Shown: positions 1 through 8,705 of the stretch, in pieces
Numbering within the stretch: the stretch's first letter is position 1
How the letters are laid out: each line of letters starts with the position of its first letter
Source: a virus
Lineage: Duplodnaviria; Caudoviricetes
Virus record (IMG/VR): IMGVR_UViG_3300027736_000049
Location: 1-60,106 of that record
Length of the DNA stretch: 60,106 nucleotides
Reading direction: 5' to 3' (one strand)
Notes under the pieces: model-generated
Seen by the model: only the letters and a program-made list of their open reading frames with translations
What the model was told of the DNA's origin: nothing
Database searches by the model: none
Program-made: the position numbers and the translations under genes

Positions 1-1
1 C

Positions 2-1165
2 GGGTACGCTGGAAACGGGGGAACTGGCGGAAGCGGGTACAATGGTGGTAATGGCGTGGCGGGCGCAGGTGGCGGTGGCGGCGGTGGTGGCGGCGGTTAT
101 CAGAAGGGAGGCGGCAGCGGCGGCGGCGTTGGCCTTTACGGGCAGGGCAGCAGTGGTGCTCGTGGAACTGGACCGGGCACAGGCTGCAATACCATTGGCA
201 CGGGTGGTTTTGGCGGCAGCGGCGGCGGCGATGGCCAAGATGGTTGTACTAACCCAACAGGCGGCACCTATGGTGGAGGCGGCGGCGCTGCTGGAAGTTC
301 GGGTGGCGCGGGGGGGCCGGGCAGTGGCGGCACAGGCGGTGTCCGCATAGTTTGGCCCGGTTCAACCCGCCAGTTTCCATCAACCAATGTTTCCGCAGCG
401 TATGACAATCGGGGCAGCGCGATATTTGCTGGAACGGCTGGAACTTATTCTTGGATTGCTCCTGCTGGTGTAACAAGCGTTAGTGTTGTGGCAGTAGGGG
501 GTGGCGGCGGGGGCAATTTGCGCGGTGGCGGCGGCGGTGCGTTGCGGTACAAAAACAATATTTCAGTAACACCGGGCACTTCGTATACTGTTGTTGTCGG
601 GTCTAAAGGAACCTATAACACGTCGGGCGGAACTTCATATTTTAACAGTACAGGAACTGTTGGCGCTGGCGGTGGAAGCGCCGCTGGTTGTTGTGCTTCG
701 ACTACTCCCGTTGCGGGCGGAACTGGCATTACTGGAACGGGCGGCTGTGGTGGTTCTGGTGGGGGATATTGCACTGGCGGATGTAGCGTTGGTGGATCAG
801 GCGGCGCGGGCGGGTACTCTGGAAATGGTGGAAACGGCGCTTTGGGCGCTTATGGAAGTGCCCCAACTGCGGGCGCAGGCGGCGGCGGCGGCGGCGGTGC
901 AAATTCAGCTTGCTTGGGCAGTACTTCACAAGGCGGCGGTGGCGGCGTAGGTTTGTGTGGTCAAGGCTCCAGCGGAGCCGCTGCTGGTACTTACAGTCGT
1001 GAAAGAGGCGGTGGTGGTTCTGGCGGAGTTGGCGGCGGTGTCACTAATGCCGGTGGTGCGTATGGCGGCGGCGGTTATGTCAGTAATGCCGCCAATGGCG
1101 CAGTTCGCATAGTCTGGCCGGGAACAACTAGACAATTTCCTTCAACATGTGTGGGGTATCCATGA
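2..1165 (+). CDS. Glycine-rich virion/adhesin protein, 3' part (5' part at 59557..60106)
   Basis: Frame is open from position 2 (GYAGNGGTGG...); two modules each end in VRIVWPGxTRQFPST. Confidence 0.8.
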   Translation, partial: GYAGNGGTGGSGYNGGNGVAGAGGGGGGGGGGYQKGGGSGGGVGLYGQGSSGARGTGPGTGCNTIGTGGFGGSGGGDGQDGCTNPTGGTYGGGGGAAGSSGGAGGPGSGGTGGVRIVWPGSTRQFPSTNVSAAYDNRGSAIFAGTAGTYSWIAPAGVTSVSVVAVGGGGGGNLRGGGGGALRYKNNISVTPGTSYTVVVGSKGTYNTSGGTSYFNSTGTVGAGGGSAAGCCASTTPVAGGTGITGTGGCGGSGGGYCTGGCSVGGSGGAGGYSGNGGNGALGAYGSAPTAGAGGGGGGGANSACLGSTSQGGGGGVGLCGQGSSGAAAGTYSRERGGGGSGGVGGGVTNAGGAYGGGGYVSNAANGAVRIVWPGTTRQFPSTCVGYP

Positions 1166-1578
1166 TGGAACTTTTTATCCAAATCCGAAACGGTCAGCCA
1201 TTCGAACACCCAATCTTTGGCGACAACTTTCGTCATGCGTTCCCGGACATCGACGTAGATAATTTGCCGCCACAGTTTGCTAGGTTTGAGCGTGTGCCGC
1301 AGAATGTCATGCCGGAAATCTTTGAAGTGGCCGAAGTCCGCTACGAATGGTTCGATGCCATTGTCAAAGATGTTTGGTCAGTTCGTCCTATGACGGATCA
1401 GGAAAGGGCCGACAAGATTGCTCAATACAGGGCAAACCCGCCTTTCCCCTCATGGACATTGGACGAGACCACATTAAAGTGGTCCGCGCCGACGCCAAAA
1501 CCGGATGACGGCCAGAAATACCGTTGGGATGAAGATACTCTTTCTTGGGTTGTTTTTGTCCCGCCCACCATTGCCTAG
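1162..1578 (+). CDS. Hypothetical tail-associated protein
   Basis: ATGA-coupled to upstream gene; C-terminal PPFPSWTLDE...YRWDEDTLSW Trp-rich motif as seen in fibre-linked phage proteins. Confidence 0.65.
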   Translation: MMELFIQIRNGQPFEHPIFGDNFRHAFPDIDVDNLPPQFARFERVPQNVMPEIFEVAEVRYEWFDAIVKDVWSVRPMTDQERADKIAQYRANPPFPSWTLDETTLKWSAPTPKPDDGQKYRWDEDTLSWVVFVPPTIA

Positions 1579-1589
1579 AGGGGACAGGC

Positions 1590-2264
1590 ATGTGTCAATC
1601 AGCACCAATAGCAGAAACGCCTGTGGTTGATCAGCCACAGGTTTTTACTTACTTCCCAACGCTTGTCTACATGATTAAGCGCCCGGAGTTTTTGGCTTCT
1701 GTCAGGGCCGTATGCGACGAGCATATAGCGAAAGCGAAACAAAAAAAGCTGGATGAAATTTACCCGGTTTACATGACCGGCAGTTTCTATGATGACCCAC
1801 GCATGGCAGAGTTTTCGCAGGCTGTTGGGCAGATGGCATGGGAAATTCTTGCAGGGCAGGGCTACGCCATGCAGGGTCTTAGCACCATGTTCACAGAGAT
1901 GTGGTGCCAGCAGCACTATAAACACTCATCAATGGAACAACACGTCCACGGATTTGGGTCGCAGATCGTTGGGTTTTATTTCACGCAGACGCCAGAAGAT
2001 TGTTCTCGTGTGGTGTTCCATGATCCTGTGCCCGGTCGCGTAATGGCTGGGCTTGGCGAGGCTGATGGAAGCATGGCGTCTGCTGCAAGCCGCATGATTA
2101 ACTTCCAGCCTGAGCCCGGCATGTTGATCTTCACAAACTCTTGGTTGGCGCATTCGTTCACCCGACACGCCTCTAAGAAGCCCATCCAATTCGTGCATTT
2201 CAATCTTGCCGTTCAGCAAGCAGGGCCAGTTGGGTGCCCGGCTCCGGCGGCTGAGATTATTTGA
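1590..2264 (+). CDS. Putative 2OG-Fe(II) oxygenase (TIGR02466-like)
   Basis: HVH and distal H (SWLAH) metal ligands; GFYF, FHDP and PEPGMLIF motifs; GAGGGG RBS before ATG 1590. Confidence 0.75.
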   Translation: MCQSAPIAETPVVDQPQVFTYFPTLVYMIKRPEFLASVRAVCDEHIAKAKQKKLDEIYPVYMTGSFYDDPRMAEFSQAVGQMAWEILAGQGYAMQGLSTMFTEMWCQQHYKHSSMEQHVHGFGSQIVGFYFTQTPEDCSRVVFHDPVPGRVMAGLGEADGSMASAASRMINFQPEPGMLIFTNSWLAHSFTRHASKKPIQFVHFNLAVQQAGPVGCPAPAAEII

Positions 2265-2497
2265 TGCCTAAGTATATCGTCCGGTTCAACAAGAACCGGG
2301 GCATGGAAGGCAGGGGAACGGCTGACCATGTGTGGCGCGTTTTTGAAGGCGAGAAGGAATACGTCTTTAAGAACGTCAAAATCAACGTCCCTTCGTGGGG
2401 TGAGAAGACGGGCGAAGATTGGAGCATTTGCTGCGATGGCAAGTTAACCATTGACCGAGACACTTCAACGGCAATCATCGAGGGGGATGCGCCATGA
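2264..2497 (+). CDS. Hypothetical protein
   Basis: Coupled to both neighbours (TGATG, ATGA). Confidence 0.7.
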   Translation: MPKYIVRFNKNRGMEGRGTADHVWRVFEGEKEYVFKNVKINVPSWGEKTGEDWSICCDGKLTIDRDTSTAIIEGDAP

Positions 2498-3573
2498 AGA
2501 TATGCGTTTACGCGATCAGCAAAAACGAGGAAATGTTTGTAGAAAGGTTCTGTGCGGCGGCAAAGGACGCTGACTTGATCCTGATTGGCGATACGGGGAG
2601 TACCGATGCAACAGTTGCTAAAGCTCAAGAATGTGGTGCCGTGGTCCACGATATATTCATCTCTCCTTGGCGCTTCGATCTTGCTAGGAATGCTGTTCTG
2701 GCCCTTGTTCCTCGCGATGTTGATGTGTGTATTAGTCTTGATCTAGATGAAGAGCTTCAGCCCGGCTGGCGTGAGGAGATCGAACGTGTCTGGACAGAAG
2801 GAACAACCCGGCTCCGCTACATGTTCGACTGGGGCTGCGGTATTGCCTTTTACTATGAGAAAATCCACGCCCGACACGGCTACTTCTGGCATCATCCCTG
2901 CCACGAGTACCCGGTGCCCGACGGCAGAATTGCTGAAGTTTGGGCGCAAACGGACATGCTCCTTGCCATCCACAAGCCTGACCCGACCAAAAGTCGGGGA
3001 CAGTACATGGATCTTTTGGAGCTTTCCGTAAAAGAAGACCCTCAGTGCCCGCGCAACGCCTTCTACTACGCCCGTGAACTGAGTTTCCACGCGCGTTGGC
3101 AGGAAAGCGTTGACGCCTGCCGCTCCTATCTCAATTTGCCCCGCGCAACATGGCAAAATGAGCGTTGCTATGCCTATCGCGTCATGGGCCGGTGCTACAA
3201 CGAGTTGGGGAACCCTGCCGATGCTGAAAAAGCGTTCCATGCCGCAGCCGCAGAAGCGCCAAACACGCGCGAACCGTGGTGTGAATTGGCTATGCTTATG
3301 TATAGGCAGGGCCGTTGGCCGGAGAGTTTTGCCTACGCCATGCGGGCGCTTCAGATTACAAACAGGGAAATGGTCTACACGGTAGACCCAGAAGTTTGGG
3401 GCTTCCAGCCTCATGACCTTGCCAGCATAGCGGCTTGGCATTTGGGGCTGGTTCAGGTATCTATTGAGCAAGCACAGATGGCTGTGGATAAGTCGCCAAA
3501 TGATGCTCGTTTACAGCAAAATCTTAAGTTTGTGAGGGGCGAACTTGAGGTGCCAGACATAGAGGCGGCTTAG
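2494..3573 (+). CDS. Family 2 glycosyltransferase with C-terminal TPR repeats
   Basis: KNEE, DTGSTD, FDLARN, LDLDE (DxD) and HE motifs; TPR-like helices (AFYYAREL, GRCYNELG). Confidence 0.9.
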   Translation: MKICVYAISKNEEMFVERFCAAAKDADLILIGDTGSTDATVAKAQECGAVVHDIFISPWRFDLARNAVLALVPRDVDVCISLDLDEELQPGWREEIERVWTEGTTRLRYMFDWGCGIAFYYEKIHARHGYFWHHPCHEYPVPDGRIAEVWAQTDMLLAIHKPDPTKSRGQYMDLLELSVKEDPQCPRNAFYYARELSFHARWQESVDACRSYLNLPRATWQNERCYAYRVMGRCYNELGNPADAEKAFHAAAAEAPNTREPWCELAMLMYRQGRWPESFAYAMRALQITNREMVYTVDPEVWGFQPHDLASIAAWHLGLVQVSIEQAQMAVDKSPNDARLQQNLKFVRGELEVPDIEAA

Positions 3574-3575
3574 GC

Positions 3576-3809
3576 ATGGACGCGCAAAACCTTATTAACA
3601 TTGTGGCTGGCATAGCCATGGGGGTCGGAGGATGGTTTGCGCGTCAATTATGGGACTCAGTTCAAGAACTTAAAAGAGATTTGCATGAGCTTGAGGTAGA
3701 CCTGCCTAAAACTTACGTCATGAAAGATGATCTCGACAAGCGGATGGACCACATTGAAGACATGTTTCAGCGGATCTATGACAAGCTGGATGGGAAGGCG
3801 GACAAGTGA
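3576..3809 (+). CDS. Small membrane/coiled-coil protein, holin candidate
   Basis: N-terminal hydrophobic segment plus coiled coil, upstream of endolysin. Confidence 0.55.
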   Translation: MDAQNLINIVAGIAMGVGGWFARQLWDSVQELKRDLHELEVDLPKTYVMKDDLDKRMDHIEDMFQRIYDKLDGKADK

Positions 3810-4279
3810 GCACTACCGAAGAGAAACAGGAAAAAATTGCTCTTGAGATGGCGGCGAGCGTTAGCAAGGGCGCATTGGTCGAGAAGATCACCTTTGCCGG
3901 TATTCCAATCCTATTTTCCTGCGTCGTTTATCTCATGAGCGCCCTGTCCAGCGCGAACAATGAAATTATCCAGCTTAAGTCCAAGGTGGCCGTCGTCGTC
4001 AATGCCGACAACAAGGCCATTCCCCCGCAGGGAACGACCATCGACATGGCGCAGATTAGGGAACACCTGAGCGAGCAGATAAGCAAAGTTGACCGGGAGA
4101 GCGCCCTTTCTCGCGCCGCCATGACCCTTGACAGGGAACGGTCAATGTCTGCGATTGAGAAGAGCCGCATGGATATGGTGGCTGATGCCGCACAGGCCCG
4201 CGCGGCCATTCGTTTTGATACGGCCCAGATGATCGCGGCGTTAGATAAACGCATCACTTTGCTAGAGAAGGGGAAATAG
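3806..4279 (+). CDS. Membrane-anchored hypothetical protein in lysis cassette
   Basis: One hydrophobic segment (ITFAGIPILFSCVVYLM); GTGA coupling. Confidence 0.6.
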   Translation: MSTTEEKQEKIALEMAASVSKGALVEKITFAGIPILFSCVVYLMSALSSANNEIIQLKSKVAVVVNADNKAIPPQGTTIDMAQIREHLSEQISKVDRESALSRAAMTLDRERSMSAIEKSRMDMVADAAQARAAIRFDTAQMIAALDKRITLLEKGK

Positions 4280-4281
4280 CC

Positions 4282-5034
4282 ATGAAAATGAGCAAAGAAG
4301 GCGTTGAAGCCCTTCTCAAGAAGTTTGAGGGCTGCAAGCTTAAGGCATACCGTTGCCCAGCTAATGTATGCACAATTGGCTATGGCCACACTTCTGCGGC
4401 TGGTACTCCTACCGTCATAGATGGCATGACCATCACCCAAAAGCAGGCCGACGACATCCTGTGGCAGGATCTGGTCAAGTACGAGACCGCTGTGCAAGGG
4501 TTGGTGACGCAGGACCTGACGCAACACCAGTTTGATGTGCTGGTGGATTTTGCCTACAACGCTGGCGTTGGCGCTCTCAAATCTTCCACACTGCTGAAGA
4601 AAATCAATGCAGGCGACTTTGACGCCGTGCCAGCCGAATTGATGAAATGGACCAAGGGCGGCGGGAAAGTGCTACCCGGCCTTGTGCGTCGTCGTCAGGC
4701 AGAAAGTGCGTGGTGGGCGACATCCCCCGCCGCAACCAAAACGCCAGAACAGGCATTTGAGCATGAACAGGAACAGCGCACCGATCCAGATCCTGTACCT
4801 GTCAGAACAATGGCAGAAAGCAAACAGGGTAATGCGGCGGTTATCACGGCAGGTCTCGGAGGTTTGGGTGCCGCTAAGGAGATCGCTGCGCAGGCGCAGG
4901 ATGCGTCTGACACAGCAAATCAGCTTATGGGCCTACTTAGCAACACGAACTTCCTCATTATGGTGGTCATCGTTGGCCTTGGCGGAGCGATCTGGTACTG
5001 GCGCAAAAAGAACATGGATCGTGACGGTGTTTAG
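4282..5034 (+). CDS. Endolysin, GH24 phage lysozyme with C-terminal transmembrane extension
   Basis: FEGCKLKAYRC, TIGYGHT, FDVLVDFAYNAG and LPGLVRRRQAE motifs. Confidence 0.92.
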   Translation: MKMSKEGVEALLKKFEGCKLKAYRCPANVCTIGYGHTSAAGTPTVIDGMTITQKQADDILWQDLVKYETAVQGLVTQDLTQHQFDVLVDFAYNAGVGALKSSTLLKKINAGDFDAVPAELMKWTKGGGKVLPGLVRRRQAESAWWATSPAATKTPEQAFEHEQEQRTDPDPVPVRTMAESKQGNAAVITAGLGGLGAAKEIAAQAQDASDTANQLMGLLSNTNFLIMVVIVGLGGAIWYWRKKNMDRDGV

Positions 5035-5257
5035 CCTGCTTTTCACGCCAGTAGGGCGTTGCCTGACTATGGCGGTTGTCGCCATAATGGTCTTGTCTGG
5101 CGTTTACTTTAAGATCAGGGCCGACGCCGTGGCGGAAGTTGAGGCTGCGGCGACGGCAGACGCTTTGAGGAGGATGGGCCGTGCGGTTAATGCTGGCGAT
5201 GCTGTCGATACTTCTCCTGAGCGGGTGCGCGAGTCAGACGGCCACCGTCGCGACTAA
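5027..5257 (+). CDS. Putative i-spanin (Rz-like)
   Basis: GTG start overlapping the endolysin end; TM segment then helical Ala-rich tail; overlaps a lipoprotein gene. Confidence 0.6.
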   Translation: MFSLLFTPVGRCLTMAVVAIMVLSGVYFKIRADAVAEVEAAATADALRRMGRAVNAGDAVDTSPERVRESDGHRRD

Positions 5258-5378
5258 CGGCGCTGTCTGCAAGGTTTGGCGGGATGTGTCTTGGTCGTCC
5301 AAGGACACGACCGCCACGATCATTGAAGTTAAGCAGAACAATGCGCGCCGTGAGGGGTGGTGCGAAGGGCAAAAATAA
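5181..5378 (+). CDS. Putative o-spanin lipoprotein (Rz1-like)
   Basis: Signal peptide with lipobox LLSGC; two further Cys; overlaps preceding gene. Confidence 0.7.
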   Translation: MRLMLAMLSILLLSGCASQTATVATNGAVCKVWRDVSWSSKDTTATIIEVKQNNARREGWCEGQK

Positions 5379-5411
5379 GTGCTATAAGAGGCGCTTACAG
5401 GAGTAACGGCC

Positions 5412-6149
5412 TTGACCACTGGCTTGTCCTATAGCGGAACCGTCTCGGGGACCATGAGCTATGTTCAGCAAATTGCTGAAATGGCCGTTGTTGACCAGAC
5501 GGACGCCAATTATCTGGCCATTTTGCCTGCCATGATCACCTACGCCGAGAACCGGATGTATCGTGATTTGGACTTCCTGTTCACGTCCACGTCCATCACT
5601 GGCTATACAATCACCAATGGGAGCCGTCAGATCACCATCCCAGAGGGCACGATTGTCGTCAGTGAGCAGATCAACGTCATCACGCCTGCCGGGCAAATCA
5701 ATCCCGACGCTGGCACTAGAAACCCTCTTTTGCCCACGACAAAAGAGTATTTGGACGCCGTTTACGGGTCTGTTTCCTATACCGGCATCCCCCAGTATTT
5801 TGTGCCCTTCAACGACAATCTCTTTCTGGTAGGGCCTTTTTCGGACGCCACCTATTTTGTGGAGATCGTTGGCACATACCGCCCGGCGAGCTTGTCCTCG
5901 ACTAACACCACAACCTTTATCAGCCTCTATTTGCCCGACGTGTTCATCATGGCGTCCATGATCTACATCTCGGCATACCAGCGCAACTTTGGGCGGCAGT
6001 CTGACGACCCGCAGATGGCGCAGAGCTATGAGGCCCAGTATCAGGCGCTCCTGAAGGGCGCTACGATTGAAGAGGCGAGGAAAAAGTTTGAGGCTGCGGC
6101 GTGGTCTTCGCAGGCCCCGGCACCTGTTGCTTCGCCGTCGAGGGGATAA
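5412..6149 (+). CDS. Head-tail adaptor / tail tubular A-like virion protein
   Basis: AGGAG RBS and TTG start; AENRMYRDL, GIPQYF motifs; lies before the nozzle-like gene. Confidence 0.55.
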   Translation: MTTGLSYSGTVSGTMSYVQQIAEMAVVDQTDANYLAILPAMITYAENRMYRDLDFLFTSTSITGYTITNGSRQITIPEGTIVVSEQINVITPAGQINPDAGTRNPLLPTTKEYLDAVYGSVSYTGIPQYFVPFNDNLFLVGPFSDATYFVEIVGTYRPASLSSTNTTTFISLYLPDVFIMASMIYISAYQRNFGRQSDDPQMAQSYEAQYQALLKGATIEEARKKFEAAAWSSQAPAPVASPSRG

Positions 6150-6152
6150 CCC

Positions 6153-8243
6153 ATGCCCCATGCCTCGCTCAAGCTTATCCCCGGCGTTGATGTTAATCGC
6201 ACTCTAGCCCTCAACGAGGCTGCGATTTCATCTGGCGATTTAATCCGGTTTGTGCCGGATCGGCAGGGCGTTGGGCTTGTTCAGAAGCTGGGCGGTTGGA
6301 CTACCTATGCGGGGCCGTTTTCGTCTTACATCCGCTGCCTGTGGGCGTGGGAAGACACCAACAGTAATTCCTATCTAGCAGTTGGCGCTGAAGCTTCGCT
6401 TAGTTACATCCTTAATGGGAATGTTGTCAGCATAACGCCCCGCACATTGACCAATAATGTCGCCGTTAGCGTCAGCACTGTCTCGGGTAGCAGCGACGTT
6501 ACCATTACAGATACTGGGTCCAGCATTACCCAATGGGATAATGTCTACATTCAAACGCCAATTGCCGTTGGCGGCTTGGTGCTTTTTGGCGTTTACCCAA
6601 CAACCAATCCAACATTATCGGCCAACACCTACCACATTACTGCCGTTGACGCTCTTGGCGATCCTGCGCTGGCAACCTCCACTGTCACCAATGGTGGTGC
6701 AGTTGCTTCATTTAGCACGGTCAACACCAGTGCAGTTGTTACTATCACCCTGACAAATCACGGCTATTCCGTTGGCAGCACGTTTCCCATTGTCGTTTCA
6801 ACGACCGTTGGCGGCATCACTCTTTATGGGAACTATACCGTTCAGACGGTAATTGACGCCAATAACTTCACGATAATTGCCGCCAATACAGCGTCTTCGA
6901 CCGTCACAAATAGCCCCATGAACGGGGGATTGGCCCGCTATGTCTATTACATTGGCGTGGGCCCCCTTCCAAACGGCACGGGCTACGGCATCGGCGGCTA
7001 TGGCCGAGGCGGATACGGGACGGGCAATGTAACTGTTCAAAACGGCAATACAATCTCAACGTCCGACTGGACCTTGGACAATTGGGGCGAGATTTTAATC
7101 TCATGCCCTTTGAATGGTCCTATTTATGAGTGGTCTCCTGCGGCTGGATATTCGGTTTCTGCGGTCATTAATACCGCCCCAATCGTCAATGCCGGTATCG
7201 TTGTGGCCATGCCGCAGAGGCAGATCATTGCGTGGGGATCGACGGAAACAGGCATCCAAGACCCCTTGCTGATCCGCTGGTGCGACGTTGACGATTTCAC
7301 CTCATGGACGGCGACCGTCACCAATCAGGCTGGTTCCTACCGCATCCCCAAGGGCTCCAAGATCATTCAGGGCATTCAGGCCGCTCAACAGACCCTGATT
7401 TGGACGGATCTTGGCCTTTGGTCGATGCAGTATGTTGGCCTACCATTCGTCTACCAGTTCAATGAAATCGGCACTGGGTGCGGCCTGATTGGGCGCAAGG
7501 CGGCTGCTTCAATGAGCGGCGTCGTCTATTGGATGGGCCAGAGCCAATTTTACACGCTTGCAGGTAGTGGCCCGCAGCCCATTCCCTGCCCCGTGTGGGA
7601 CGTGATCTTTCAGGATTTGGATAGCACCAACCTCGACAAGATCCGCATTGCCGTGAACAGCCGTTTTGGTGAGGTGGCTTGGTACTACCCGACAAAGGGC
7701 AATGGAGGCGAGATCAACGCCTACGTCAAATACAACGTCGTCTTGCAGCAGTGGGACTACGGCTCCCTTGCCCGCACGGCTTGGACCAACGAAAGCGTCC
7801 TTGGGCCGCCTATTGGGGCTGGGACGGACAAGTACATTTACCAGCACGAAACCTCGACAAATGCCGCCACCAATGGCGTTGACGACGTCCCCATGCTGTC
7901 AAACTTCCAGACCGGCTACTTTCAAATAGCCGAGGCTGAATTGAAGATGTTTGTCGATCAGGTCTGGCCCGACATGAAGTGGGGCTATTTTGGCGGCACG
8001 GCCAATGGCACGACGGTCTACCAGACGCCTACGGCGCAGGTTCAGTTGACCTTCTACGCGACTGATTATCCCGGCCAGACGCCGATTGCCTACGGCCCCT
8101 TTAACCTTACGCAATCGACGACCTTCGTTTCTCCGAGGTTTAGGGGGCGATTGGTGTCGATCAAGATCAGTAGCAGTGACGTGAACAGCTTCTGGCGCAT
8201 TGGAAACATGCGCTACCGCACTCAGCCAGATGGGAAGTTCTAA
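6153..8243 (+). CDS. Tail nozzle / DNA stabilisation protein (P22 gp10 / T7 gp12-like)
   Basis: 696 aa beta-rich with propeller-like Trp repeats; C-terminal PRFRGR...WRIGNMR...PDG; precedes ejection proteins. Confidence 0.6.
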   Translation: MPHASLKLIPGVDVNRTLALNEAAISSGDLIRFVPDRQGVGLVQKLGGWTTYAGPFSSYIRCLWAWEDTNSNSYLAVGAEASLSYILNGNVVSITPRTLTNNVAVSVSTVSGSSDVTITDTGSSITQWDNVYIQTPIAVGGLVLFGVYPTTNPTLSANTYHITAVDALGDPALATSTVTNGGAVASFSTVNTSAVVTITLTNHGYSVGSTFPIVVSTTVGGITLYGNYTVQTVIDANNFTIIAANTASSTVTNSPMNGGLARYVYYIGVGPLPNGTGYGIGGYGRGGYGTGNVTVQNGNTISTSDWTLDNWGEILISCPLNGPIYEWSPAAGYSVSAVINTAPIVNAGIVVAMPQRQIIAWGSTETGIQDPLLIRWCDVDDFTSWTATVTNQAGSYRIPKGSKIIQGIQAAQQTLIWTDLGLWSMQYVGLPFVYQFNEIGTGCGLIGRKAAASMSGVVYWMGQSQFYTLAGSGPQPIPCPVWDVIFQDLDSTNLDKIRIAVNSRFGEVAWYYPTKGNGGEINAYVKYNVVLQQWDYGSLARTAWTNESVLGPPIGAGTDKYIYQHETSTNAATNGVDDVPMLSNFQTGYFQIAEAELKMFVDQVWPDMKWGYFGGTANGTTVYQTPTAQVQLTFYATDYPGQTPIAYGPFNLTQSTTFVSPRFRGRLVSIKISSSDVNSFWRIGNMRYRTQPDGKF

Positions 8244-8698
8244 TGGCCGCTTCCTTAGACGACATCCTCACTACCCAGCGAAATGGCGTGATTGCCATCA
8301 ATAATCTGGGGCAGAAATTGGCGCTCATTGAGGCCGATTTGCCGTGTCTTTGCACTAATTTGGCGCTGATTGTCACGCAACTTACCAATTTGGCCGGTGC
8401 TTCTTTCCCTGCAACGACAAGCGCGACGGTTGCCGCATCGACTACAACTTTGATAACAGCAGGCACTGGGCGGATTTTTGCAGTCTCCATACCCGTTCAT
8501 GCGGGTTCGGCGCAGGTCTATATCTATAACTCGGCTACAACTGGCGGCATATCAGCAACTAATCTGCTTTATGCGTCTTTGCCGTCAAACGCCGCTTCTT
8601 TCACGCCCTATCAAAACGTGAACTTGGCATACACCAATGGTATAGTTTTGAAAACCGACGCAGGAATGAACTTCTGCGTTGCCTATACGGCCAATTGA
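8243..8698 (+). CDS. Hypothetical virion protein
   Basis: TAATG coupling; N-terminal coiled coil and beta-rich C-terminus. Confidence 0.6.
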   Translation: MAASLDDILTTQRNGVIAINNLGQKLALIEADLPCLCTNLALIVTQLTNLAGASFPATTSATVAASTTTLITAGTGRIFAVSIPVHAGSAQVYIYNSATTGGISATNLLYASLPSNAASFTPYQNVNLAYTNGIVLKTDAGMNFCVAYTAN

Positions 8699-8705
8699 GG
8701 ACGCC

